Assembly (NCBI GenBank): GCA_965248905.1
Contig: CBDFKS010000003.1
Coordinates: 11,369 to 75,368, forward strand
Source: Dehalococcoidia bacterium
GTDB lineage: Bacteria > Chloroflexota > Dehalococcoidia > Lucifugimonadales > JAGWBF01
Reading direction: 5' to 3'
DNA length: 64,000 nt
Position numbers and translations under genes: made by a program. The notes under the pieces are model-generated. The model made no database searches. It was not told where the DNA came from and saw nothing but the letters and a program-made list of their open reading frames with translations. The number at the start of each line of letters is the position of its first letter. Position 1 is the first letter of the stretch. Positions 18,540 to 28,288 of the stretch are shown here, piece by piece.

Positions 18540-18938
18540 TTGGTCCAGGTTGAAAAGCGCTTTCACGAGGAGATGATAGCCCACGCCCTGGAGGACGATT
18601 CCATCGAGTGCTGTGGTGTTCTAGCTGGCTCTGACGGTAAATTTCACAAACTCTTTCGGATGACCAACGTGGAAAACAGTCCCTACCGGTTTAGCTGGGA
18701 CTCCAAGGAGCTAATCAAGGTCTGGAACGAGATGGAAGACAACGTCTGGGAGCGCAGAGCCGTCTACCACTCCCATACCCACTCCGAAGCTTATCCATCC
18801 TCGACCGATGTGCGCCTGGCAGCCTGGCCCGAGGCTTACTACATCATCGTGTCACTCATGGACAAGGATAATCCCCATGTGCGAGCCTTCCGCATCGTGG
18901 ATGGCGCGATCTCCGAAGAGGAGCTACAGTTGGTGTAA
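18540..18938 (+). CDS. JAMM/MPN+ (Mov34 family) metalloisopeptidase
   Basis: IECCGVL (conserved Glu) plus HSHTHSEAYPSSTD, which is the HxHx7Sx2D JAMM motif. A TTG start follows the RBS ggagag. Confidence 0.8.
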   Translation: MVQVEKRFHEEMIAHALEDDSIECCGVLAGSDGKFHKLFRMTNVENSPYRFSWDSKELIKVWNEMEDNVWERRAVYHSHTHSEAYPSSTDVRLAAWPEAYYIIVSLMDKDNPHVRAFRIVDGAISEEELQLV

Positions 18939-21218
18939 ATGCGGCACCACCTAGCCCCCTTCTTGCTGTTACCCCTGCTCATAGCGGTGTGGGCCTGTTC
19001 CAGTAATCCAGAAACCACGACCCCTGGCCCCATTCAACGCTCCGTGGAAGCCCCTGCATCGTCCCAAGGTACGCCCACCGTCGAAGGTACATCGGCCACC
19101 CTACTCGAGGCCGTTGAACCCACCCATACTCCACCTCCATTTACTAAGTCCTCACAGAAAAATACAAAAGGTGGTCTCAACGAGGACGAGCGCTGGGTGA
19201 GGGACAGGGTACGAGCCGTTGAATCTCTCTACGACATCACACCCCAGGGTCGAGAAGCCATCGAAAACTTGGACGTGCGATGGATGAAGGACCAGCCCGG
19301 TTTCTTCGGGAGCTATGGATACAGATACTGGACCGGCGTGGGCGAAGCCATTCCCAAGAGTGTAATGCACGAGCTTGGCCACGCCTACTGGGGCATGTTT
19401 CCAGTGACAGGGCTCCCTCATCTTAGCTGGGATACGGAAAAGGGACAGAGTCTCTCGACCGCCATGGCCCGGTATCATCAGGATGTGTTGGAGTTCATGA
19501 AGCAACCCCCAGACCGCTACGAGTTGCTGAGAAGTCGTCTACGCAATCTGCCACGCCTCTCGTCAAACAATCAAGAGCCCCTTCTTCACTCCATAGAAGC
19601 CGATACCGTGTACACGACCGCCGGAGACCTCGACCTCATCCCTCCTATACTTCGAAAGTACTGGGACCGTTTCCTGCAAGCCAGGCCCTTTTACTCGTGG
19701 AATGAGGCTTTCCGCTGGTATCAGGCGCTGCCGCCACCGAATCGGAGGCTCGCCGACAAGTACATCGGCTTCGAGCACTTCAGTCTTGAGGGCTACGATG
19801 GCCTTGAGAAACGTGAGCCTTCAACGTTGCGTCCAGAGGTAGCGGAGACCCTTCTAGGAGAAGAGCTCCAGCGCCTAAAGGACTTCGTCCAGCATTTCGA
19901 CCTGCTAAGCGCACTGATAGTCGGCACAGAGGAGCAAACGGAGAACTTCAAGTTCTGGAGGCGTTACCTTCGGGACAAGATCGAGCTGCATAAACAGCAT
20001 CCTGAGCTTGTCGCCTCCCTATCCTGGCCCAGAGCTGAGCCGATTGCGGACGCTCTGGACTTTCTACGCACTCTGGAAGGTAAGGACTCCGGCCAGAAGG
20101 TCGACCTGGTGACTCAGGAGCTCATAGCCCGTCCCTTTTTCGTCCATTTCCTACCGGCCCTGGACAACCGTTCTTTGCTGACTTTGTTCACCTCCGACGT
20201 TCAGCTGCCCGAAGGAGCGACTCTTAAGGGTACAGCCGCCTTTGTGGAGTCCCTGCAGAGATTCGCTCCTCACGCGGATAGGGTTTTGGATGAGGGACGC
20301 AGAGATGTTTCTCACGGTGCCGAAGTGCTTACGTCCTACCTAAATAGCGTGGACTTCGACGCGCAACAGGACCTGGACCTGTTTTTCGAAATACTTCAGG
20401 GCTCCGACAACCGCACAGCCAGAGAGGTGGTAGCGGCTTTAGACGACTCGATGCTGCGGCGACTGCTGAAACCGGTGCCCGATCGACTAAAAGGTCTGTT
20501 GAGCCCTGCCAGATTTCTCGAGTTTCTGGATATAACCCTATCTTCACCGGCCGATAAGTTAGCCCAGGGCATCGAGAAGATGGTGCAATACCCATCGGGA
20601 AACTTTCTCATCGAAGAGCCATTCCTGGACGAGATGTACTCTGTCATAGTGGCTCGGGCCGAGGGAGCCCCATTGGAGGCTCTGAACGTCATCGCCAATT
20701 CCCCGTTTCCCATGGACCGGTTTCTAGCTCTCCATCCCGAATCCGCGGTGGAGCTTCTGGCCACCGATCTGAATATCGCTATGAAGATGATCAAGAACAG
20801 CGACACCATTATCCTATCCCCGCCTCGATTCGTGTACCGTCTGATTTTCGCCGACCCCAGACTCGCCGCCCCAATAGTGTCCCTGCTAGACGATGAGGGC
20901 CAGACCGGTCTTGTCGTGGAGTCCCTTGCCCACTTCGCTTACGACGCCGATAGGCTTCTCGCCGTTGCCACGTTGCCGATCTCTCTAGAGAAAGATGGCG
21001 AGTTCCTCGAAGCGCTACTTGAAGAGAAGGGCGAGGAGTGGCTGGAGACCCGCTTGGTAGAGGCTGTGGCTCTTTATGGCCAACGTGTAGAGATGAGCGA
21101 GGTCGACGGCGACTTCCTGACTGCTTACGAACGGACCCTTAGATCGGCGGTATCCACGCTTGAAGATGAAGGCACACGCCTCATCCTGAGTAGGATAATA
21201 GACAGCGTTTTCTCATAA
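18939..21218 (+). CDS. Large secreted or lipid-anchored HExxH protein (759 aa), function unknown
   Basis: The ATG follows the JAMM stop directly. It has a signal peptide ending ..IAVWAC (lipobox-like), a Pro/Thr-rich linker, VMHELGHAYWG and a long helical C-terminal part. Confidence 0.6.
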   Translation: MRHHLAPFLLLPLLIAVWACSSNPETTTPGPIQRSVEAPASSQGTPTVEGTSATLLEAVEPTHTPPPFTKSSQKNTKGGLNEDERWVRDRVRAVESLYDITPQGREAIENLDVRWMKDQPGFFGSYGYRYWTGVGEAIPKSVMHELGHAYWGMFPVTGLPHLSWDTEKGQSLSTAMARYHQDVLEFMKQPPDRYELLRSRLRNLPRLSSNNQEPLLHSIEADTVYTTAGDLDLIPPILRKYWDRFLQARPFYSWNEAFRWYQALPPPNRRLADKYIGFEHFSLEGYDGLEKREPSTLRPEVAETLLGEELQRLKDFVQHFDLLSALIVGTEEQTENFKFWRRYLRDKIELHKQHPELVASLSWPRAEPIADALDFLRTLEGKDSGQKVDLVTQELIARPFFVHFLPALDNRSLLTLFTSDVQLPEGATLKGTAAFVESLQRFAPHADRVLDEGRRDVSHGAEVLTSYLNSVDFDAQQDLDLFFEILQGSDNRTAREVVAALDDSMLRRLLKPVPDRLKGLLSPARFLEFLDITLSSPADKLAQGIEKMVQYPSGNFLIEEPFLDEMYSVIVARAEGAPLEALNVIANSPFPMDRFLALHPESAVELLATDLNIAMKMIKNSDTIILSPPRFVYRLIFADPRLAAPIVSLLDDEGQTGLVVESLAHFAYDADRLLAVATLPISLEKDGEFLEALLEEKGEEWLETRLVEAVALYGQRVEMSEVDGDFLTAYERTLRSAVSTLEDEGTRLILSRIIDSVFS

Positions 21219-21231
21219 GTGTCGAGAGTAG

Positions 21232-22428
21232 CTAAATCGCCTTGGCTATCTTGTCCCCCATTTCAGTTGTGCTGACCTTTTTGATGGAAGAAGTGGATAC
21301 GGCTTCCCGTGGAGTACCAGACCCGGAGGGTTGCCCATCCTGTTCGGATGAAATGATGTCTGGGGTCCGATAGCCGTCCTTGAGCGCTTGGTCCACAGCA
21401 TGCTCAACCGCTATAGCCTCTTTCGTCAAACCTAAGGAGTATCGCATCATTAGAGCAGAACTGAGAATGGCGGCAATCGGGTTGGCTATGCCTTGGCCCG
21501 CAATGTCTGGAGCGGTGCCGTGAATGGGTTCGTAGAGGCCATGGACCCTCCAACTCTCAGCCGCTTTATCTGTTCCTGACTGAGTCGGAGAGCCTTTCCC
21601 GTTAGGTTTCGCGGAGGATAGAGCGAGACTAGCCGAGGGCAGAAGGCCCATGGATGCTGCCAGCACTGCAGCCTCATCGGTAAGGATATCTCCAAAGGTA
21701 TTCTCCGCCACGATCACATCGAATCTGGATGGCCTCTGTATTAGCTGCATGGCGCAGTTGTCTACCAGAATATGCTCCAGCTCTACGTCGGCATACTCAG
21801 AAGCTAGGTCAGTGGCGACCTGCCGCCACAAACGAGATGTTTCTAGGACGTTGGCCTTGTCCACAGACGCCAGCTTTTTCTTACGCCCTCTCGCCAGCTC
21901 GAAACCTACTCGAAGCACACGCTCTATTTCGTCCTGACTGTAGCGAAGGGTATCCACGCCTGTCCAGCCCTGCTTAGTCTGCTTTCGCCCTTTTGGAAGA
22001 GCATAGTACAGACCACCGGTGAGCTCCCTGACCACGACGATGTCAACGCCTTCAAGTACCCTCCGTTTCAATACACTGGAATCCGCAAGCTCAGGAAAGA
22101 CCTTAACGGGGCGAATGTTCGCGAATAGGCCCAGACCCTTGCGGATGGCCAGGATACCATCCTCAGGGCGCACCGTAGCCCGGGGGTCATCCCACTTCGG
22201 GCCACCGACAGCCCCAAAGAGCACAGCATCCGACTTGCGAGCCAACTCAACGGTCTCGGGTCTGAGGGCAACGCCATATTTATCTATGGCAGCTCCCCCT
22301 ATGTCATCGTAGCTGAGCTTGAATCGATGTTCGTATTTCTGAGCCACCGCCTCTAAGACCTTTACCGCCTCAGCGACCACCTCCGGCCCAATTCCATCAC
22401 CAGGTAAGACGGCGACATTGAAATCCAT
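21232..22428 (-). CDS. leuB: 3-isopropylmalate dehydrogenase
   Basis: [27 protein letters not shown]-like [24 protein letters not shown]. The start was chosen at MDFNV after the RBS gggagg. Confidence 0.9.
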   Translation of the reverse strand: MDFNVAVLPGDGIGPEVVAEAVKVLEAVAQKYEHRFKLSYDDIGGAAIDKYGVALRPETVELARKSDAVLFGAVGGPKWDDPRATVRPEDGILAIRKGLGLFANIRPVKVFPELADSSVLKRRVLEGVDIVVVRELTGGLYYALPKGRKQTKQGWTGVDTLRYSQDEIERVLRVGFELARGRKKKLASVDKANVLETSRLWRQVATDLASEYADVELEHILVDNCAMQLIQRPSRFDVIVAENTFGDILTDEAAVLAASMGLLPSASLALSSAKPNGKGSPTQSGTDKAAESWRVHGLYEPIHGTAPDIAGQGIANPIAAILSSALMMRYSLGLTKEAIAVEHAVDQALKDGYRTPDIISSEQDGQPSGSGTPREAVSTSSIKKVSTTEMGDKIAKAI

Positions 22429-22634
22429 GGTTGACCTCCCTGTCCACATGACGTACTGTTTTTAGCTCGAATGATTGGTGAGGATATATGACTGATACTG
22501 ATGTAATATGAGGAGCGGGCAGGCAGTGGTTCGCTTTACACTGAGAGGGCCTGATGATACCCTTTACTCGACAGCCCTCCGCACTTTCACCTAAAGAAGC
22601 AACCCTAATTAGCTTTTGGGTCTCCGTTCGGGAT

Positions 22635-22720
22635 GCCGAAGTGGCGGAATGGTAGACGCGACGGTCTCAAAAACCGTTGGGGGCAACCCCGTGTCGGTTC
22701 GACTCCGACCTTCGGCACCA
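22635..22720 (+). tRNA. tRNA-Leu (anticodon CAA), genomically encoded CCA
   Basis: Acceptor GCCGAAG/CTTCGGC, anticodon stem ACGGT/ACCGT with loop CTCAAAA, a long variable arm, T-arm GTCGG-TTCGACT-CCGAC, ending ACCA. Confidence 0.9.
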
Positions 22721-22882
22721 ATTTTGGTCTCCAGCCACTCTACTCCGAATGCTTACCCTTCGTCAATTCGTTGACACGAAGTCCCTTTAACAAGGCAACA
22801 GCGTATCACGGCAAGGTGGCGGGATAATGTATCGTCTGAGGTGACCCTGGCAGTGGAAACGGCGCTGCGCAGCCCTATGTCT

Positions 22883-23263
22883 CTATCCCTGCTCTGACGC
22901 CACGAACTTCAACGAAAGGGAGTTCACGCAATGGCGAGTATTCGCCGCAGTAAGCCGTTCTCCGACGAATACGTGGCCCAGATGGCCCCCGCAGTTGACG
23001 CACTCGATCTCCGTTCGCGAACCGTCCGGGTCTGTTAAGCGCTTCACGGCGCCCGATATCTCTTGATCGAAGGCGGGCCAGCCACAACGAGCGTCGAACT
23101 TGTCGGCAGACCGATAGAGTTCAGCATTACACCGCCGGCAGACATAAACTCCCGTCTTGTAGAAGTCGTCGTATTCTCCAGAGAATGGACGTTCGGTGCC
23201 CTTACCTTCGATTACGAATCTCTCTTCCGGTGATAGCTCATTGTAGCTTGAGTTGTCAGTCAT
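22883..23263 (-). CDS. msrB: Peptide-methionine (R)-S-oxide reductase
   Basis: CxxC...CxxC zinc site ([20 protein letters not shown]), GWPAF and the catalytic RHCVNS. Confidence 0.85.
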   Translation of the reverse strand: MTDNSSYNELSPEERFVIEGKGTERPFSGEYDDFYKTGVYVCRRCNAELYRSADKFDARCGWPAFDQEISGAVKRLTDPDGSRTEIECVNCGGHLGHVFVGERLTAANTRHCVNSLSLKFVASEQG

Positions 23264-23324
23264 CAAATCTCCCCTCGCATTATGGCCCCTTGTCGACTCC
23301 ATGAATTAACAAGTAAGTCCCTCG

Positions 23325-24728
23325 TTAGCTCTGAGTAACGCGTAACAGCCCTGTGAGGTCGGACACTGCGGACAGTGACTCCAGACGATCGACCGCGCGA
23401 ATGATCTCTTCGGCCCGGTCTCGGTCGATGACATGAGCGGTGGTTTCGATGAACTTGCTGCGGATGTCATCGGGCTCGCTGATGCGCCTGGGACGGTCCA
23501 CCCGCGTGTTGTATGTCCGTCCGTCCTTGGTGGCCACCGTTACCTTGCTCATTCGCACGTGGCCATCGTGGTACACCCGGTCACATTCCTCGTCGAATGC
23601 CAGCTTTACCCGCTTTTCCATATCTCGGAACTGGGGGCTGTCCGCCAGCTTGTCCGCGTACCAGTCGGGGCCCTTGTCTCCACCCAATAGGGCAGCGGCG
23701 ACCTGGTAGGGCATGTTGAATTGCTTGTCAGCTAGGCTAGATGGATTCAGCTCGTCGAAGCCGATACCTCCCGCTCTATTGGTCACCACCTCAATGGTCT
23801 CGATGTCGTCGGGAAGGAGACTGTGATCTTTAATTAGACCCATAATCCCGGCCAGGGCAGTATGGGTTACCGCACAGCCAGGAAAGCTCTTTGAGTTGAA
23901 CTTACGGATGTGATAGGTGTCTCCAAGCCCCTTGGTCAGCTCTTTCTCATTGAAAATGTCCATTCCCAGCATCCGCCACAGCCCTCTTTCTCCGTCCAGA
24001 ATGTTATTCTCCTGGAGCATAGTGAAACCCTTTTGGGCGGATACGGCAGCGAAGGTCCCGGACATGCACATCCAGGCCCAGCCCTGTTTGATGTCCTTAC
24101 GGGGCGTAAGTCCCTCGTCTCCTATCCATTTGTATCCTGCCGGCACGGGTGTGTACATCCCCGCCATTCCCAGGGCAGACAAGAACTGCTCTTTGTTCAG
24201 TCCCAAGGCCCGGGCAGCCGCACCCGCGGCGGCGAACACCGATGCGCTGGAGCCGGTTACTTTCTCCTCTTGCTCCGGCGTCTGGTCCATAGAGTACACT
24301 ACACGTGCGGCACACTCGTATCCGGCCACTACAGCGGCGATCAACTCACTACCGGAGACTGCCCGGCTCTCGCCGGCTGCTAGCGCAGCAGGCACCGCCA
24401 AGGCACCCATCCAGGCCAGGCTCCTACCACTCTCACTGCCCAAGGAATCGGAGTAGTCTAGCATTGTGGATAGCGCCCCGTTAGCGAAGGCAGCCATGGG
24501 CACGTTGACTTTGGACCCATCCCCTATTATGGTCGCGTCTGTTCTCCCGGCGCCCAACTCCTTGGCCATCTCTAGGAAGGTGGTGGAGCCGCTGAGGGCG
24601 TATCCACCTATACAGTTGCCCAGGACGTCAAGTACCGCCAGCTTACCTATCTCTGTCACCTGATCCGGCAGATCTTGGTAGCGCAGCCCGGAAAGGTAGT
24701 CTGCTAGTGTGCGTGTCGCGGACATCTC
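23325..24728 (-). CDS. MmgE/PrpD family protein (2-methylcitrate dehydratase-like)
   Basis: About 470 aa with the N-terminal pattern LADYLSGLRYQDLPDQV...K..VLDVLGN typical of the family. Confidence 0.75.
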   Translation of the reverse strand, partial: EMSATRTLADYLSGLRYQDLPDQVTEIGKLAVLDVLGNCIGGYALSGSTTFLEMAKELGAGRTDATIIGDGSKVNVPMAAFANGALSTMLDYSDSLGSESGRSLAWMGALAVPAALAAGESRAVSGSELIAAVVAGYECAARVVYSMDQTPEQEEKVTGSSASVFAAAGAAARALGLNKEQFLSALGMAGMYTPVPAGYKWIGDEGLTPRKDIKQGWAWMCMSGTFAAVSAQKGFTMLQENNILDGERGLWRMLGMDIFNEKELTKGLGDTYHIRKFNSKSFPGCAVTHTALAGIMGLIKDHSLLPDDIETIEVVTNRAGGIGFDELNPSSLADKQFNMPYQVAAALLGGDKGPDWYADKLADSPQFRDMEKRVKLAFDEECDRVYHDGHVRMSKVTVATKDGRTYNTRVDRPRRISEPDDIRSKFIETTAHVIDRDRAEEIIRAVDRLESLSAVSDLTGLLRVTQS

Positions 24729-24925
24729 AACTCCTCCAATGTGCAAGTCGCTGACGTTTCATATAACACGTTCGTGGCGAGCTATTCTTGACACTGCCCT
24801 CGTCCGAGGGCGACAGTTATGAAGATATGGTCACGTTTCTCAAGAAATCCTCGTTGCGGGTGGTCTCCGACCCCGGTCGAATACCGCCAACTCTCAATGG
24901 AATCAGCCGAAGCAGCAGCGGCTAA

Positions 24926-25951
24926 TTAGCTAACGCCCTTCTCGTAGATCTGAATGCGAGCTCGGCCGCTATCGACAACATAGAGCCTGTCCTGGTCGTC
25001 CACCTTCACCGAGGTAGGGCCCCAGAAGTACTTTTCGATGTTGGCTGACTCCTCCCACAGCGGCTCGGAGGGAAACAAAGACAGCGGAGGCTCCTTATTA
25101 GCTTTTTGCCTCTCCTCGAACTGGTCCTGGTTTGAGATGAAGTAGTCCTTGGCCCACTGGGACAGGGTCGCCTCACCGCGTAACTTGGCACGAAAGCGGC
25201 CATCTGGGCCCAGCACCTGGACCCGCTCATTCTCCCGGTCGGCAACATAGATAACGCCCTCCCGATCCACGGCTACTCCGGAGGGCCTGTTAAACTCGCC
25301 ATTGCCATCGCCCGAGGTTCCCCAGCTTGCCAAATGCTTGCCGTCGGCATCGAACTTCTGGATACGATCGTTGCGCCAATCGGCCACGTACACGTCTCCC
25401 CTATGATCAAGGGTAATGCCCCAGGGAACGTTAAACTCACCGTCGCCCTTTCCCAGCTTACCCCAACCGCCTAGGAACCGCCCATCCTTGGTATACCTCT
25501 GAACACGGCTGTTCATGCCGTCCACCACCAGCAGGTTATCATCTTCATCGAACACGATACCCGCCGGCCGGTCGAACTCCCCATCTCCACGACCCCTCGT
25601 ACCCCATTTGTCCAGGAAATTTCCATCTTTGCTGAAGATCGATATCCTATTGAGGCCCTGGTCAGAGATGTATACCTGCTCGTCATCATCGAGGGCAATG
25701 GATACAGGCCACATCATTTGGCCATCCTCTTTGCCACCGGAGCTGAATTGAAACAGGTATTGCTCGTCCACAGTGCACACCGTGACCCGCTTGAAGAACA
25801 TTTGCTCTTCCGTGTCAGAAGAGCCTCGGTTCAAAACATACATGACGCCATCGGGCGCCAGGGCTACGTCGACGGGATCGGCGAACCCTCTGCCGTTCTG
25901 TGTCCAGAAGCCCACGGTTTGTACATAGCGATAAGAAACTTGGGTAATCAT
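24926..25951 (-). CDS. NHL-repeat beta-propeller protein
   Basis: Repeated G.GDGEF..P.G...D..G..YVAD..N.R.Q units. Confidence 0.75.
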   Translation of the reverse strand: MITQVSYRYVQTVGFWTQNGRGFADPVDVALAPDGVMYVLNRGSSDTEEQMFFKRVTVCTVDEQYLFQFSSGGKEDGQMMWPVSIALDDDEQVYISDQGLNRISIFSKDGNFLDKWGTRGRGDGEFDRPAGIVFDEDDNLLVVDGMNSRVQRYTKDGRFLGGWGKLGKGDGEFNVPWGITLDHRGDVYVADWRNDRIQKFDADGKHLASWGTSGDGNGEFNRPSGVAVDREGVIYVADRENERVQVLGPDGRFRAKLRGEATLSQWAKDYFISNQDQFEERQKANKEPPLSLFPSEPLWEESANIEKYFWGPTSVKVDDQDRLYVVDSGRARIQIYEKGVS

Positions 25952-26017
25952 CTCTTTGTCTCCAGGGCAAGGCTGTGAACTACAAAACTCTGCTATAGCG
26001 GGGCTTATGACCTGAGA

Positions 26018-27457
26018 TTAAACTAACTGGTACTCTCGGGTCCCGACGATAAGCTGCAACATCTCTTGGATCCTGCCGGCAGAGGCAAGTGACTCACTTT
26101 CACTCCCAAATCGCAGCTCTCCCGCCAGACTTGCGTGAGATACCAGCTCCTGCCGTGTGCTCTCGGAGACCTCAACAGGCCCTATTAGGTCAACACACAG
26201 GCCCACCATGCGCTCTGGAGAGATCTCATCACCTATGGCTTTGATTCTGTTTATTATGGACCTTACCCCTGGGCGTTCAATATCCGCCAGCTGGTCCACA
26301 GCGAAGTTGACCCTGTCCACCAGGCTCCCCGTGGTGATCCACTCCATACCGGTGTGCCACCCTTCAACACTGGGCGGGCCCAGGAGTTCCTGTCCCATCG
26401 CGGCCGTAGCCAGACCGAGGTTGATGTCATCCATTTCGGGGAAGCTGTGACCACCAGCCAGACGCACGGTCTCTACGGCCAACTCCACGGGGCTCTTGAC
26501 CTTGGCGAAAACCGCGTTTTTGAAGAAATCGGAATTGAAGAGGACCCTTAATACAGACCGAATGTCGTATTCGTATTTGACGAACGCCTCTGCAAGCGTA
26601 TCTACGGCTTCGGGGTCGCGAGGGGCAACAGTCTGCCAGGCCGGCACCTTGGGCTCATCGGCCACGAAGAAGTTGTACAGATGCCGTGCGATGAACCGGG
26701 CTGTCGCCGGTTGCCGGCAGATGATATCGATAATGTCCTCTCCGTTCCAGCGTCCTCGGTGGCCCAGGAAGGTCTTCTCGGTGTCGTCGTGGTCATCGCT
26801 TTTGTATTCGAACTGCCACGCTATACGACCATAGGGCCAGAAGGCATCGCGAGAAACTCGGGCGGTATGCCAGCCTGGATTCTGAATGGTCCAACCCGTA
26901 AACGCCCTGGAGCACTCTTTCACATCCTCTTCGGTGTAATTCCCTACGCCCATGGAGAACAGCTCCAGCAACTCACGGCCATAGTTCTCGTTGACCGCAT
27001 CTTTATGGCTGTCTTTGTTGTCCAGCCAATACATCATGGCCGCATCCCTGGACACTTCTCTGAGCAGCGTGCGGAAGCTGCCCATCCCATAGCGGCGAAG
27101 CATATCGATCTGTCTGTAAACAACTCTGGGCTGATTAAGCTTTCTGTGGGAGGTGGCAAACACTCCGTGCCAGAACAGGGCCTGCTTCTCCTCCAGCGGA
27201 CGCTTGGTGTTGATCATGCGATACATCCAGTGGGCTTGGCAACTTTCCACCTGGAAGAAGTTGTAGTAGTCCTGGTGGAAACGTCTGATTAGGTCTTCGT
27301 CTTCCAGTTGAGCGGGGACCTCTTCGGAGCTCAGTAGCTCTTCCACCGTCGCCTCGTAGCCCCTGGCGACGTACTCCTCCAGCTCGTCTCTGGTGGCTCC
27401 GAAGCCGGCTCGGCGCATTAGATGGGCCATTAAGGCTATGTCGCTGTCAGACATCAC
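26018..27457 (-). CDS. DUF1800 family protein
   Basis: The N-terminal AHLMRRAGFGATRDELE signature and the ~480-aa length. Confidence 0.65.
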   Translation of the reverse strand: MMSDSDIALMAHLMRRAGFGATRDELEEYVARGYEATVEELLSSEEVPAQLEDEDLIRRFHQDYYNFFQVESCQAHWMYRMINTKRPLEEKQALFWHGVFATSHRKLNQPRVVYRQIDMLRRYGMGSFRTLLREVSRDAAMMYWLDNKDSHKDAVNENYGRELLELFSMGVGNYTEEDVKECSRAFTGWTIQNPGWHTARVSRDAFWPYGRIAWQFEYKSDDHDDTEKTFLGHRGRWNGEDIIDIICRQPATARFIARHLYNFFVADEPKVPAWQTVAPRDPEAVDTLAEAFVKYEYDIRSVLRVLFNSDFFKNAVFAKVKSPVELAVETVRLAGGHSFPEMDDINLGLATAAMGQELLGPPSVEGWHTGMEWITTGSLVDRVNFAVDQLADIERPGVRSIINRIKAIGDEISPERMVGLCVDLIGPVEVSESTRQELVSHASLAGELRFGSESESLASAGRIQEMLQLIVGTREYQLV

Positions 27458-27585
27458 TACCTCCAGTCACCCTATCTAGGACTACATGTTACGCAAATTA
27501 TACAGTCCGCACTTCGAGTAGTAAATCTCATGGACTCGATGGCTCCGATTGTCGTAGAAGAGAGAGGTGAATATAGCTCGAGATA

Positions 27586-28080
27586 CTATTCTTCAAGAAA
27601 CACCGTCTTCGACTTATCGGTCAGATTGACCACGATGGCCCCTGCAGCTTTGACCACATTCTCCGGGGTTATTATGATCTCGTGACCCCATGTGCCTGCG
27701 CCGACGCCCAAGGTCTGCTCTTCCATGAGAGAGGCGTCGATGAAGGACCGGAACCCTTGTGGTTGCCAATGAAAGGGCGGAATCGATCCTATTTCGTACC
27801 CCGTGCTCTCCTTCACCGACTCTGGGCCTGCCAACTTTATGTTGCGTGAGCCGATGGCTTTTTTCAGATATCCGGAAATGGCGTTCCTATCCGCCGAGAC
27901 CATTACAAGGACACTCTCTCCAGAATCGGTCTCGAAGATCAGGGTCTTGACCATCTGGCTCTCGTTGAACCCAAGCACGCCGGCCACGTTCGCCGCTCCC
28001 TTTTCCGTGGTGGAAGGAAAGGTAAGGCTCTGGTAGGCAATTCCGCGTTCATCCAGGAACTCATGTGCCGGGAGCTTCAT
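27586..28080 (-). CDS. YbaK/EbsC-type aminoacyl-tRNA editing domain protein
   Basis: The MVKTLIFE, VLVMVSADR, GYEIGSIPPF pattern. The start was chosen at MKLPAHEF because the longer ORF runs into a REP-like element. Confidence 0.65.
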   Translation of the reverse strand: MKLPAHEFLDERGIAYQSLTFPSTTEKGAANVAGVLGFNESQMVKTLIFETDSGESVLVMVSADRNAISGYLKKAIGSRNIKLAGPESVKESTGYEIGSIPPFHWQPQGFRSFIDASLMEEQTLGVGAGTWGHEIIITPENVVKAAGAIVVNLTDKSKTVFLEE

Positions 28081-28140
28081 AGCGTTCTCGCTCAAAGACG
28101 AGTCCTCCTGAAAACCCTCCAGACTCTGTTTAAGAAACAC

Positions 28141-28262
28141 CTACCATGGTTCGACAAGCTCACCATGAGCGGAAAATTTGTTTCAGTCATTCCTTCTGAC
28201 GGGACCTCCTATCCGAACCTGAGCTACAGCACCATCCACCTCATCCTGAGCCCGTCGAAGGA
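28141..28262. repeat. REP-like palindromic elements (ttcgacaagctcaccatgagcgg / gtcattccttctgac / tcatcctgagcccgtcgaagga)
   Basis: The motifs resemble the GTCATYCTGAG family seen elsewhere in the window. There is a single composite copy here. Confidence 0.35.
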
Positions 28263-28288
28263 TAAAGACGCCGATGTGCAACACCTCT

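Noticed and set aside
22721-22882. An integration site downstream of tRNA-Leu (a genomic-island hallmark).
   Set aside because: There is no integrase, no repeat of the tRNA 3' end and no compositional shift nearby. The next gene is an ordinary msrB.
26018-27457. The DUF1800 gene lacking its usual DUF1501 partner, considered as an anomaly.
   Set aside because: The pairing is a tendency I recall rather than a rule. The partner could lie elsewhere, and nothing in the sequence itself is unusual.
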